From NCBI GenBank assembly GCA_964057225.1, contig OZ059899.1:15004001-15068000 (forward strand): a stretch of DNA of 64,000 bases, written 5' to 3'. The position numbers and the translations under genes were made by a program. Below the pieces are notes generated by a model, which was given only the letters and a program-made list of their open reading frames with translations, did no database searches and had not been told where the DNA came from. Below, in pieces: positions 12,401 through 25,800 of this stretch. This DNA is from Auanema rhodensis. Taxonomy: Eukaryota > Animalia > Nematoda. The first letter of the stretch is position 1, and each line of letters opens with the position of its first letter.

Positions 12401-15400
12401 GACGCAAGAAAATTTGAGAAACGAAAGTAAAAAAAAGGAAAATTCGAAATGAATTAAGGACGATATCATAGACAGAAAACAGAGGGAATGTTACCTCCTT
12501 CAGTCTGGCGGAGATGGTGCGGATTTGCTCCTCGTAAGAATCCTCACGTTGGAGGGCCTTCTCCTCAGAAACTTCGAGAGACTTCAAGTTGTTACCGACG
12601 ACACGGAGTTCCTCCTCGAGTTCGACGATCTTGCTGCACAAAATAGAGACACGTTAATAGAAAGAAAAGAAAAAATCATGAATAATCACATGACCACATA
12701 AGGATATTCACATATTTTTAATTTTTAAGTTTTTTGAAAGGGAGATAGATTAGATAGAAAAAGGTTCATATCATGCAAAGCTTATTCAGAACTGATGTCA
12801 CGATGTTACGACAGCATTACTACATATGCATCCAACTTAATGATTATTAAGATAAACCTGATTATCTTGAAAGCTTATGAATGAGCATGAGCTTCTTGAT
12901 AGTCAAGTTTCGTAATATCATTAAGCTGCATGAGTATGAGAAACCTGATTAACAGCTTGTTTCATAGCCTTCTTATAGGATTCAAAATGCAATTCCACTT
13001 GCGCAGATTTCTTTGCTGAACTTTCCATAATGCGTAACAGCTTGATAAGAGCATTAAGCTCAGTTTCAGCTTCATCAGCTCGTCTGTTAGTAAGTGAAAA
13101 CAAAGTATTTGGTTATATTATATTAATTATTTTAATTTATAGTTAGTTTAGATAATGAGGTATTAGAATCATATAAGGTTTCATATTAGGTTCTTTCAGT
13201 TTTCAGATTTTCCGTTTGGAACCATTTTTCATAGAATTCTTATAATGAATTTAAGTAAGAGTGAAACTGTTTCAATGATTCTATGGAAACGGATCCGGAA
13301 AATGATGACGTAGAGTTGACGACGAAGGAGTTGTTCTATGTATACAGAGGTCGAAGTATACAAGTATGAATTACACGTATTCAGTATTCTACCTCCTTCA
13401 ATCGGAAGTCCAATTGACGAATTTGCTCGGCGAAGATGTCCTCCTTTTCGAGGGCCTTCTCCTCGGACAGCTCGAGCGACTTCAAGTTGTTGCCGACGAC
13501 ACGAAGCTCTTCCTCAAGCTCGACGATCTTGCTAGATAGAACCCAGCCATGTTATAACCGTAGTTTAAGCAATAATCAAAGCCGAAATTCAACGAAAAAT
13601 ATAATCCAAAAAGCAATTTACGAAAGTACAGACTGCTGCGGTCTTATTGATAATAATCTGTTGAATTCCGGTTTTGAAATTTATGTTTTGAGCGCAAATT
13701 CTTTGTTTTTTCTTCTCAACCCCCTGGATTATGATGTGATCTGATGGAATTACTAACTTACTAACCAGGTTGGAGAAGAATCATCAAAAAGCATAATTAT
13801 TATATTATTAGAAGCTATATGGTGAGTAAAGCTTTGAGGTTATGCAAAAGTTTTTTTTCTCATTTTTTCTAAAAATAATTCTTCTTTTCTGCTTAATTGT
13901 TTGATTTGCTTCAATTTTTGTGTGAGATGATAAGACAACGTACTTCTCTCCGGCCTCAGCACGCTCTTCGGCTCTCTCAAGATCAGCTTCAACCATGGCC
14001 AACTTACGGGCGACCTGGAATATTGATGAAGTTAGTTAAAGTATTCTGAATCAACAGTATAGAGCGTCATCATCCGACAACATCAGATGAGAACGTTCAA
14101 TCACTTCAGTCTTTAACGATATGAGACGATATTTCAATGATAGAAACCATTGAAACATTCGAACGATGGACATATATAGATGATGTTAGAATCAAATTCA
14201 AGGCCAGTTATTCAGATTAGAAGATATGATGATTCAAGGATTTTCAATGATGTTAGACATATATGCAACTGTATATGGAGGATCAAAAAGGTTTTTTTGC
14301 TTATAGGTTGGAAGAAGGTTTGATAGATTGGGAGAAGGTTCGTGTTAGGTTAATCACTTCATATCAGTTATGTTCAAATCAGACACAAGAAAATAGGAAA
14401 ATCATTTCGGGACCTCGTCGTATTTGCGGTCAGCTTCTTCAGCGAGCATCTGAGCTTCCTTGAGCTGAGCCTCAATGGTGTTGGCACGCTCCTCATCTTG
14501 GAAGGAGCGGTTTTCCATGACCTTACGGACACTGAACTCACAAAGTTTTTTGGCGAAAAAAGAGAAAAATGGATGAAACGTAACCGGAAATCCTGTTAAG
14601 GATAGCTGGTTTGTATTTAGAATGTGTGAGAGTATGTGATGTATGAGCAGATGTAGATGGAAGAAGATGTGCATATTTGGAATTCTGATATGAAAACTCA
14701 ATATACAGCAGTATCTTCTGAAGTTACTGTCTGATAGCCATCTGATTCTCAAGAATGCTTTGTTTTTTTTAGAAATTTGACTTCGAAATTCAAAAGCAAA
14801 TCGAAATAACATATTCTGGCTTCAAAACAAAAAGTTAAATACATTGAAAACTGACATGAAAATTAGAAAAATCAGATGAAAAAGGAATATTTTTGTTGAA
14901 AAATGGTATTAGTATATAGAGCACAGCACCTCATCACTACGGGTCTCAGTTTCACGTAACAGTGATTGGGATTCACGTAGTTTCTGTTCTAACGCTGATG
15001 AACGATCTTCATCAATGTCCATTCGTGTTTCCAATGATCGTCGAGCCCTAAACACACAAGGAAACAAGTTAGTTATTCATGGTAATTAAGAAGAAAAATC
15101 TTTTTTTTGTTTAGAAAGGGGAACGTAATCGGATTTGAGATGGCTGAGGTATAGCTTCTCGTCATCTGGAGCTGGATCTGAAATGTGGTGAAAAGCAAGC
15201 AAGCACATGCAACTAGGTGTGAGAACATGGAGATTCATGCAGTTCAAACGGATATATCTATGTCTATCGTTGATGTCTTCAATAGTTGAAAAAACAAAGA
15301 AAACTGAAATGAAAACATAAAAAGCGGACCTCTTCGTATTTGCGGTCAGCATCCTCAGCGATAACCTTGGCATCGTCGACTTGAGTTTCTAAGAAGTTGG

Positions 15401-18400
15401 CACGCTCCTCATCCTGCTGGGAGCGGGTCTCCATGGATTTGCGGGCACTGCACGGAAAAAGACAACACGTATAAGACTATTTGGACATATTTGGACAAGT
15501 CTATTCTGATGTCAACAATGAATACTTGTTGACGTCACAAGAGACTTCTGTAGACGGACTACATACATAGCTAACTATGTAAGCTTCACGTAACACATAC
15601 TATACACCGAAAACGGATTACATTGAGACGGTTTAGATTTGTGACAACGAAGGACAACATCATTTTGAAGCCGACGAATGATTTGCGTGAAAACAATGTT
15701 TGGTGATGTTTTCGGTGATTTTCTTGAATTAGGCAATAGCGTGAAAAGCGTGTATGTGTAATGTGAATCAGGTGCTTTCAGAAGACTTCAGAAGAGGCTA
15801 CGTGTAACGAGTTTGACTTCCAATGCGAGTTATTCTATCCATCCAATCGTAATACCTCATGTATCTCACACATCCATATGGTGACACAGCTTTCCGTCAG
15901 AACAGTCAGGCTGATAGCTTGTATCGGTCTAAGTTGTTCGTCCTCCGGAAGTACTGGATACCGTTTACGTCTCGGATGTCAAAAACGCACCGCTCGGACT
16001 CGTCAACGTTGTGGGTAGCCTCCTCGAGCTTCTCAGTGGCGATCTTCAGGCGCTCTTCAGCACGCTCAAGCTCGTCCTCAAGAAGAGTCATACGACGGTT
16101 GAGGGCAGCAACCTCAGCCTCAGCCTGGAAAGGGAAAAAAATTCATAACATGTCTCACCGTTCAGCCTCATCAGCAGCCTTGGAGGCTTCTTCCAACTTC
16201 TGTGTGGCAATCTTCAGACGCTCCTCCGTACGCTCCAAATCCTCCTCCACAAGCACAATACGACGGTTCAAAGCAGCTACTTCAGCTTCAGCCTGTACAC
16301 AAGCCGTTTGGTTTTTTTTTTTTTAAATTTTGCAGTCAGGACCAGGTATGTATATAGCCCATTCTATAGAACGTGACCGAGAAGTTTTTGGGAGCAACCT
16401 TCATCATTTTTATTTTATTGATTCTTCTTTGGAGAAGTTTTTAGGCACACAAATTCCGATAATTTTCACCAGTTTTTGTGGAATTGTGCGCTCGAAATGT
16501 TTCTTCAGACGATTAACAAGCGAGGGGGCAGACATAACTTGTCCCTGAATAAGCTGCTTTGATTATCACTTTCAGGCGGCTCAATGGACAAACATTGTTT
16601 GGGAGCGAAAAGGAAGGTCGAGAATCAATTGATGTTGTTAAACAAGCTTAAAGCTTTTGTAATATATTATCAACAGCTGTCTATCTGTCTGTCGGTTGAA
16701 GCTGTTTCAGGCCAGACAACCTGAAGCTGCCGACAGCAACTGTGTGTTTTCAAAAAGGTTTTGAGATGCCTATGACTTCAAGACAAACCATACAGCTTTG
16801 ACACTTTTAGGCTCTCATAAGCTATCGTCTGTTGACGGTTCGTCGTGATTTACTGTCGGATCCACTCCAGAACATCGTGCACAGCCCACTTGAGTTGTGC
16901 GGATACGACGGCGTCGATGACGGTTGTGGCATCGACGGCTGATCATTTTTTTGTTAAAAAGCTCAAAGAATATTGCACGAAAATCAAGAAATAATTTCAT
17001 GTTTCTGCAGGTTTTGGATTTTCTACGAAAAAAACTAAAAAATTTTGACGATATCAAGAAGGGTAGCTATCGGTCACTTTCATCAGAATCTTATCCAGTA
17101 GCGCCATCTTCAAACGACATGAACTTCTGTATTAGAATCATCTGATAAGCATGGTCATAACGATGATGATGAACAGAGGATTCAGTTCATCGTCGTCATA
17201 ATCTGCCAGATAGATACAAACAACATCAAACGATGAATGATTTATGAGGACGAAGATGACGAACGCAACGATGTCGTCGACATCCTATTACTCCAATTCA
17301 GAAATTAAATCAATTTTTGTTCAAAAAAAAACTAATGATGATGATTGCAAGTCAAAAATTCTCATATTTCTATAGAAGAGGTGGTGAAATGATGAGGAAT
17401 GGGGGAATTTAATTGGGACTACGACTTACGTCTTCACGCTTCTTACGCTCTTCTTCGAGCTGTCTCTTGACCTCATCGGCCTCATCCTTAGCAGACTCAG
17501 CCTCCTCACGGGCCTGTCGCATCTTCTTCTTGAGCACATCAAGAAGAGATGTCTGCTGGGCACCTTCCTTATTAACCTTAGACATGGTTGTGGATGTTTG
17601 ATATGGAGGATCTAAGAGTATGAATGAAAAGACAGAATTTTCAATGCGAGAGAGATCGAAAACGAATAACTTCAAAGAGGGAAAACGATGAAAATGAAAG
17701 ATTTTCTCAGAACAATCAAAAAAAATCAAAAATGATATGAATGGCAAAGTATTGGAATTGTAGAAGGAATGCACGAACGAAGACAGTGAGCAAGTGGATT
17801 CAAGAAAAATGGATTGAAGTTGGCCGAAGGGGCTGGTTGAGTAGAAAAGAAGGAGGAGGGCGGACAAGAAGGGTGGAGAAGACGGCAAGAGAGCCGAGTG
17901 GTTGGTGCAAGAACTCAAACAGTCTGTGATTCCTGAGAGCTATAGAGAGAGAGGAAGAGAGAGAGTAGCAAAGGAGCAGAAAGGAATAACAGAGACTGTA
18001 CAGAGGGATGTGGGTCCAGAAGAGCAAAACGTGAGAGGACTCACGGCGAATGTGCAAAAGAAAGACGAAATGTATGAATATGAGAAGAGAGGTAAAAGAA
18101 AAAGAGACGACGTAGGCGCCACCTCCGTCGCTTCTAACCGGACCGGAAAGTAGCAAGATGAAAACGACGACGAGAGGGCAGGGCTGCCGAAGGCGCTGAC
18201 TCGACGAGGACGACGACCAGCTCCTTGAACACCTTCTTCCCCCGTTTTCTTCTTTCGTCTTTCGTTCCAACGTCTCTTTCAGCAAAACTGCTAAGGGCCG
18301 ACTGTTACGTTCTCTCAGTCTCTGTCTTTCTCTTAGAATCATATGCTTTTCATGTCGATTCTGAATTGTTTGCCGAAGTATGTCTAATCATCGGGCTATC

Positions 18401-19046
18401 TTACTACCTCTTGTGGATGCCTCTTTGTTTCGGCGAACTCATCGGAATGGCATTAGAAGCGCATGCAAGAGATGATTTGAACAGCTAATTGAGATACAAA
18501 GAGAGAAATCCAAGGGTCCAAAGGTGAACATTCGATTTGGAACTAGAGAATAATCCACAAGTAGAATGAGTACCGGCATTTAGTATTAACCTTTCCCAGA
18601 TCTCTCCGCGTTTTTTTTAACTTTTCGGTTTTTTTTTGAATATGTATACGTAGTACGTGAGATGAAGAGTATAGTATATGCTACTAAAACGAGAGAATAA
18701 GAGGAGGAGGGGGAGTATGATGTAGAGATTGAGGGATGACGACGTTTGATTGTACGATGTAAGAAGAGCGACTCAAGGGTTCTACCATCTCGTAGTCATC
18801 TTCACTACTCGTCCGTAACCATCATTGCCGGAAGTTGAAACATTGACGTGAAGATAAGAAGAAGAAGAAGCTCACAAAGAGTCATATATCAGAATTTCAT
18901 ATGACGGCGTGATCGAAAATAACAAACAACAAACATAATTTTGGAATAATTTTGACGATTTGATAACAGGCTGAGGAATAAAATGCCTGAATACACGATT
19001 GAATATGATCAGATGAGAAGAGAGTGAAAAGTGGGGAAGCGAAGGA

Positions 19047-19092
<46 letters not shown>

Positions 19093-22000
19093 ATCAGAAA
19101 CAAAATGTGTAGTTTGAAATCATAACAATAATGATTAAGAGATGATCATCATTCGTTTTTCGAAACATCTCGTGAAAAAAAACGCGAACAAGGAGAAAGG
19201 GGCGGTAGGCGGACGTCCGAAGTACTAATTCACCTGTTGATGATGATGACCATCACTTCTTATTGGACACAACAATAAGAAAGATACAAGATGGTTGACG
19301 ACGTGGAAATAAGCCGATGGAATGAAGAAGAAAGCAAAGCTGAATGAAGGGGATGGAGGAAGAGATTAAAAAACAACTGAAGTTCTTGGAGAACATATAA
19401 CAAGCTATATATGAGAAGAGAGTAAGAAAGCGAGAGAGATAGAGAAAGAAGAATGAAAAAGTTGATAAGCATAATGACTAAAACTGAAAAGGCGGTGTTC
19501 AATGAATTCATCTCAGCTAACGCTCATCAGCAGCTATGGATGCAACTTTTGGCGGTTACATCATGCAATAGCATCAGTTCATACGCATATACCTATAGAA
19601 GATAGCAAAACGATGTGTGCTGAGAGCGTTTGTACCTCGTTCTCTCTCTTTCTCTCATTTCGACTTTCTCTCTATCTCTCTTTCTCTCTCTATCTAGCCA
19701 AGCAAACTAGAATCTCGTCCTCCTCATGGTCAGTAATATGTGCTGGTGATGCTGACAAAAATCAATAATTTGAGATTTTCAAAATACAAAGAAAGAGAAA
19801 AGGAAGTTTCAAGGGATAGATTATCAATTAAAGGTCCAAATAAAAGATAAAAATGAAAAGAAATCAAATTCGAAGATTCACGTTTTTGAATTCGGTACAG
19901 AAGGTAGCGATTACATTGCTAATACTAAACTTTGATCCATCTGAATGATCGGAAGTGTGTGGGAAAAGCGGGGGTGGATTGGGGAAGAAGAAGAAGATAG
20001 AAGAAGTAGTTTTTTGAAAAAGGTTATATATAGGGAATTATGATACATGATTGAGTTATGATGAGTAAATGACATAGTGAATGCTCATGATGATGATGAC
20101 ATTTGCTTGTTTCAGATGATGATGATGATGATGATGATGCTAAGATTGAATTGTGAGTCAACTAACAGAGAAATGAAACAAGAGCAAGATTGGAAACATA
20201 GTTATGATGTTTGGGGATGAAGTGAACAGATGTATGTAGGGAGAGGGGGGGGAGAGAGAGGAAATACACAAAAGTCAGTCTAATTAGTTACAAAAGGAAT
20301 CAAAAGGAATGATTGAGGACAAGGTTCCGGTAGGATGACCCTGTATAGAGAGAAGAATCAAAAGAATGGTCCATCGTTTTGTTTTACTTATCCCCTCTTT
20401 TCACTTTTCAGAAATCATAATTTCAATAAACTTTACGGAATGTTGGGTGTTCGTGTGAAATTTCTTGATCAGCTTGGACCATGCGTTTACTAACGCACAG
20501 GGAGATGGCGGAGGACGCTGGGAAGGATGAGATACAAGAAGCATGTTTAAGTTGATCGGAAGGATGCTTATGAATGGGACGATATGAAAGAAAAATGTGC
20601 AAGTATATGCATCTAGCGATGTTGATGGAGAACTGTCCACGGCAGCGATTGCAGCTATCGTCGACGACGAAAACGCCGAAAGCTGATGATGCACAGCATG
20701 ACGAGGCAGTTTCATCGTCAATCGTTTCCACATTCTTCAGGAAAATATGGAAAACCGTATCTTGAGCATGATGGCAAGGAAAGGGAAGCAAAATAGGAAA
20801 AGGGAGGTATGAAAGTATTGAAATATCAGATACATTGAGAAGAATTACGAATGATAATGAAGAGGCAAAAGCTTTTTAGGTAACATTTTTGAATATAATG
20901 ATGAAGATATAGTGATATTATTGATTGGATGACAACTGAAGATCAGAGACTTTATGAAGGAATTCCGAAGAGATAGGTGATGTAGATGATATAGTCAGAT
21001 ATATATGAAGAAAGAGAGAGCGAAAGAGAGAGAGGGGGGGGGGGAGAAACGGAATGTATTCTTAGACGAAGTATATGATGACGTAGTTTATATGCCGTCG
21101 TACATATTTAGCAGATTCAACAAATAAAAGGTGTATCTCATATATGTAACTACCTGTATTATAAAAAGTAAAGAGGTATACATTGAGAGAGAAAGGGAGA
21201 CTAAGAGATATAATGGAGGGAAATAGATAGAAACGAGTTTGATCATCAGCTGCTTATCTAATATTATGAAGTTGTTGTCAGATTAAATCTGATTCATATC
21301 ATATCCTTTTAGCTTCATGTTGCGTAAATATCTATTTTGAAAAGGTGATGATGATTGTTGTTGTTCAATCATCATTCTATTCATTCGAATTTAATTCCTT
21401 TCTTCCGTTAAAATTTCTTTTTTTATTTTGAAAAAAAGGAAAAATGTAATTTCTATTGATAATGAAACATACGTCAATTGATGATGATGGGATTTTGATA
21501 ATAGGAGAAGAAGTAACAATGTACAACCGCTCAACTGCATTTCAGAAATAAGGATGAATGAATGAAAATATTCCAATTTCACGTGCCACGTGGAAATATA
21601 TTTTCATTTAGGACACTCAGATTGTATGAGATAGTAATGAAGGAGAAGAGAGAAAGAGACGGGGGTAAGATGGCATATCATCGTATGAAGATGTTAGGAT
21701 TTTGATAAATTCTGAAGCATTGTGGATACATTGTGATCGTGAAATGCATGATGACGTAATAATCCCTTAAAGTTATTTTTGAAATTATTCTAGCCATCGA
21801 AAACAATATATATATATATATATATGTATATATTTGAAATAGGAATAGAACATCACTTCTGGGGCCAACACCAAGCTGGCAACCCGAATGACCATCCGAC
21901 AACTACCATATATGCCAGCAAGGACAGATACAGGAAACCGGACAGCAGGAGAAGACTATTCGAACAACAAAAATCTAATGGATACCGATGATGATTCGGA

Positions 22001-22808
22001 TGAGGGTGAATGAATTATGTGACGACCACAAGATAGAGAAGACTACATCCATGAAATATGATGGTTACGTGTATATAGTTAATTGGCAACGGAAAAAGAG
22101 TATGTATGTGCGGATGGAACAGAAAGAAAAATGAGAATAAGCAGGTATACTTCGGGTTATAACTGACATTTAGAGAATGCTGGAGTGCTAGATGATGAGT
22201 ACGTCATCAAAGAACTGCAAGCATGTTCCAATTATGAATTTATGCTTGATGTAATGTTCTTGAACAAGCAAATGAGAAGCGAAAATGGAAAGAAATCAAG
22301 TTGTGACTCAAGATTCAGATACCACGAGATAGCGTCTGATGACAGGATTTAGATGAAACTGTCACATATGACGTACGTCTTGTGCCAAGCCGTCAGTCAG
22401 CAGGTGCCCGACAAGTTCGGCTTTAACTACATCAGAGATTGCTTGGTGGGCGACATGATGCATCTGGCAAATTAGCTGAAGAGTTACGAGAAAATAAAGA
22501 AGAGAGACAAGTTGGTTGAATAGGTGGATGAGAGAGTATCGCTTGTATGTTGTCTATCGCAAGATGGAATTCATGAAAAGGTCGAGACAAAGGTCGAATG
22601 TGTGTGGATGAGGTAAACAGTGCCGTGATGTTATACTCAGAAACCTCTGAATATTCTTTAGACAAAACGCGATGACAAACACAAACAGGAGTAAAGAGTA
22701 GTAAGTGGAGGTTGAAGACAGATAGTTCTTTCATTCAATTCATTGACTAGGAAGTGTTGTTCGAAACAACAAAAATATAAGAAAATTGCTCGAACTACAA
22801 AGAGAAAA

Positions 22809-22847
<39 letters not shown>

Positions 22848-25800
22848 AGAATTCATAGATTACAAGAGAGGACCGAAGAGGTTGTTTGTTATTAAGATTC
22901 TGAGCCAATAATACCAATATCATCACACATGTACACAACCTTAATACTGTTCAGTTCAAAATCTAGCACTTAGAACAGACCAGATTCCATTAAACGAACT
23001 CAATTCATAAGGAAAAGATTATTAAATATAGTTGTTGTTGACATGTGAAATGTGGTAGACGAAGTAGCTGAATGAATCTCCCTTCTAGTCCTCTCCTTTT
23101 TCCTCTCTCAATCTCCCTCTCTCTGTTTCGATGGGTGTTATGTATGACACCTCTCTTATCCAAATATGATTTTATAATGAACAATTGGAAATTCGTTTCA
23201 AGAGCCATAAATAGAAGTTTTTTTTGAGCAAAATCATCAGAATCTGTCACGATTCCATGATTATGACGAGGAATAATGAGATTTTCTAGTTGAGGGTAGC
23301 ATCAGCAAGATATTCAGAAGAGTATTTCATCTGACAACTTTCAGATGGAAGAATGTTAAAGAAAATGAAAATCTGTTTTCTTTTTCAAAAAGGACAATAG
23401 ATGAAGATGGAGAAGAAGAAAGAGCAAGCTGATGAGAGAAGGATGAGGGTGAACAGCTGGTGAAGACGATATTCCTATTAGTCAGCTGAAAAAGCCTCAT
23501 CTAAGGGAATGGCGAGAATGACCAAATTTCGATATTTCACTAAGCTTTGCTGAATATAATATCTTCGTGTCTCTTGTAAGCTTCAGCAAATCGTCAATTG
23601 TTTCTATCTCAGCTGGTATGCACTCGAAGGAAACAGTCAAGGTTGTCATTGAGCGTCTAACACGATACATCGTGAAGAACGAAGCTGTGCTTCAACTTAA
23701 TAAGTACTTTATGGTATTTGTGCAAAATAGAGCTGCATAAGCTGTATCTACAGTACAACATGAGGCTTGATAAGTTGTGAAAACACGATGAAAATCATAA
23801 TATCACGAGAGTATATGAAGAGAATATAAAGAAATTTAACGTCAACATCGACAACGTTTCAAGCACAATCAATAAATCTGATATGTCAATAAACTGGAGG
23901 AAGAAGTAGAAAACGGAAAGAATGCATGAAGTGAAGGATAGATAAAGAAATTGAAGACTTAATCTATGAATTATCTATCTGAATGTTTATAGATCTGATC
24001 AAGCTCAAGCTAAAGCAATAAGCTGTCAAGCCTTAATAAGAGAGCCTGAAGATCTGAATGATCATGGCGAAATGGAAAGAGGGTTGACCTCATCGATACG
24101 TGTCTGAGGTGTAACACGCCTTTTCACGTATAACAACACTAAACAAATTGAGGACACAACTGACAAGAATGAAAAAAATGAAGAAGAAAGACGAAAAGAA
24201 AAGGAGGTGAACAACAAAAACAATGGGCACTGTTTTTGCGTCAGACGTCAGAAGACATTAACAGTTAGAATGGAAAGAATTCTGAGGTGAATGAGAGAAG
24301 AGCAAAAGCAGAGAGATGAGTGAGAGAGTGAGACGAAGAGAGAATATAATCGTCTTCATTCAACATCTATTGGTAATCATCATCACATCATCCTCCAAGC
24401 TCAGGCAGAATCTCAAACATGCCTGTTATAGAACGATATTCATTGGCACAGTCAAACAACATGAGATTGGCAAATGTTGAGTCGGTTAGAAGAAGACACA
24501 TTGAATGGTCTAAAGAGAACAAGGGACAGTAATGGAGTAAAGGAGTCAAGACCTTGAAGACCTTGGGGTTGTGCTGAATCGACGTCGATTATGGTTTCGT
24601 GGATGTTCAACGAACATAACCACCTGATCGTCAAGCGTGTCTCCATCTGTCGGTCGTTGTCTCTTTACTCCTACTTTTCCCTTTTTTCCTTTTTTACGTC
24701 TTTCCTCGAAATTCCGTTGTACACTTCATCCACCTTTCATCTCTTTCTCTCATTTCAGCAGTCAGCCATATATTGTAATTCGTTGACTATTTCTGAGAAT
24801 TTCTAAACTTTGACAACTATTTGGCTAAGCAGTGTTCACAGTCAGAAGTTCAAATTGTGCTTCTAAAATTCAAATAACTTCATATCGTCCTCAGAATCAT
24901 ATAGTGCATTGACGCTGAAGAATTAGAAGATATCTATAATCCAGACCTCTATTGACATGATCACTTCACGTAAAATATCGCCAGAAGCCGTTTATCAACT
25001 TATCTTCTTCAGTTGTCGACACAAATCTAGTTCACTTGAACATTCATAATGTCTCAACTTCTGAATGGTTACGTAGAAGCAATTCATAAGGCTGAATCAG
25101 TCAGACAACCCATTTTCCATTACAAAACGATCGTTTGAAGACCGTTTAGGAATTACAGCTCAGGAAAGACATGTCCAATCAGAGGGATCATAATGTAAAG
25201 AAGTGTTAGTTGCACGCCGACTAGTTTTTCAGAAGTTAATCCGCCCTTCAGCATCAGCATCGTCTTAACGCCAATCAACGACAGCATTCGCGTGTCGTAG
25301 CGATCATGAAGGTGCAACTAATGGCACTGACGACGACGAGTGTCCTCATCATCTGTCTTCCGTATATTCTTAAACATTTTCATCTTCTTTTGTGTTTTTT
25401 GGTCGTTTTGGCAATGAAAACAAGATGAAAGTAAAGCATTTAGCGTTATGTTTGCTTATGGAAACCTTTAAATACGTCGGAGTTTCAAGTTATCAGTAAC
25501 GGAAACGAATACTTGTTGACCACTGACACACGACCACAGAATCATCGTCATTCAGCGTATGTCAATCAAACATATTTTGAAGTTTAATCTTCGTGTTTTC
25601 CTGATCAACTATAACGAGTGTGTAGGCGGATCGAAGTATAATTAGACTCTGTAATGGAAACAGATACATTTGCTGGTAATATTTAAGAGAAAATGATGAT
25701 CAAAATCAATTGGTGAATTGAAAAAAACCATTTTCCATCTTTTTTTCACAAAAGAAGTTTCCAGAAACATAATGAAATGCAGCAAAAGTAGGTGTAAGAG

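Noticed and set aside
15859-16326. 155-aa plus-strand ORF and other plus-strand ORFs over tropomyosin exons
   Set aside because: Antisense shadows of codon-biased tropomyosin exons.
17800-18342. 180-aa minus-strand ORF and the upstream extension of 17409-17918
   Set aside because: Low-complexity S/L/F translation of a CT-rich promoter/UTR; the real start is MSKV at 17585.
20401-20791. Overlapping 110-122 aa ORFs in the large tropomyosin intron
   Set aside because: No recognisable domain, codon bias or compatible splice sites.
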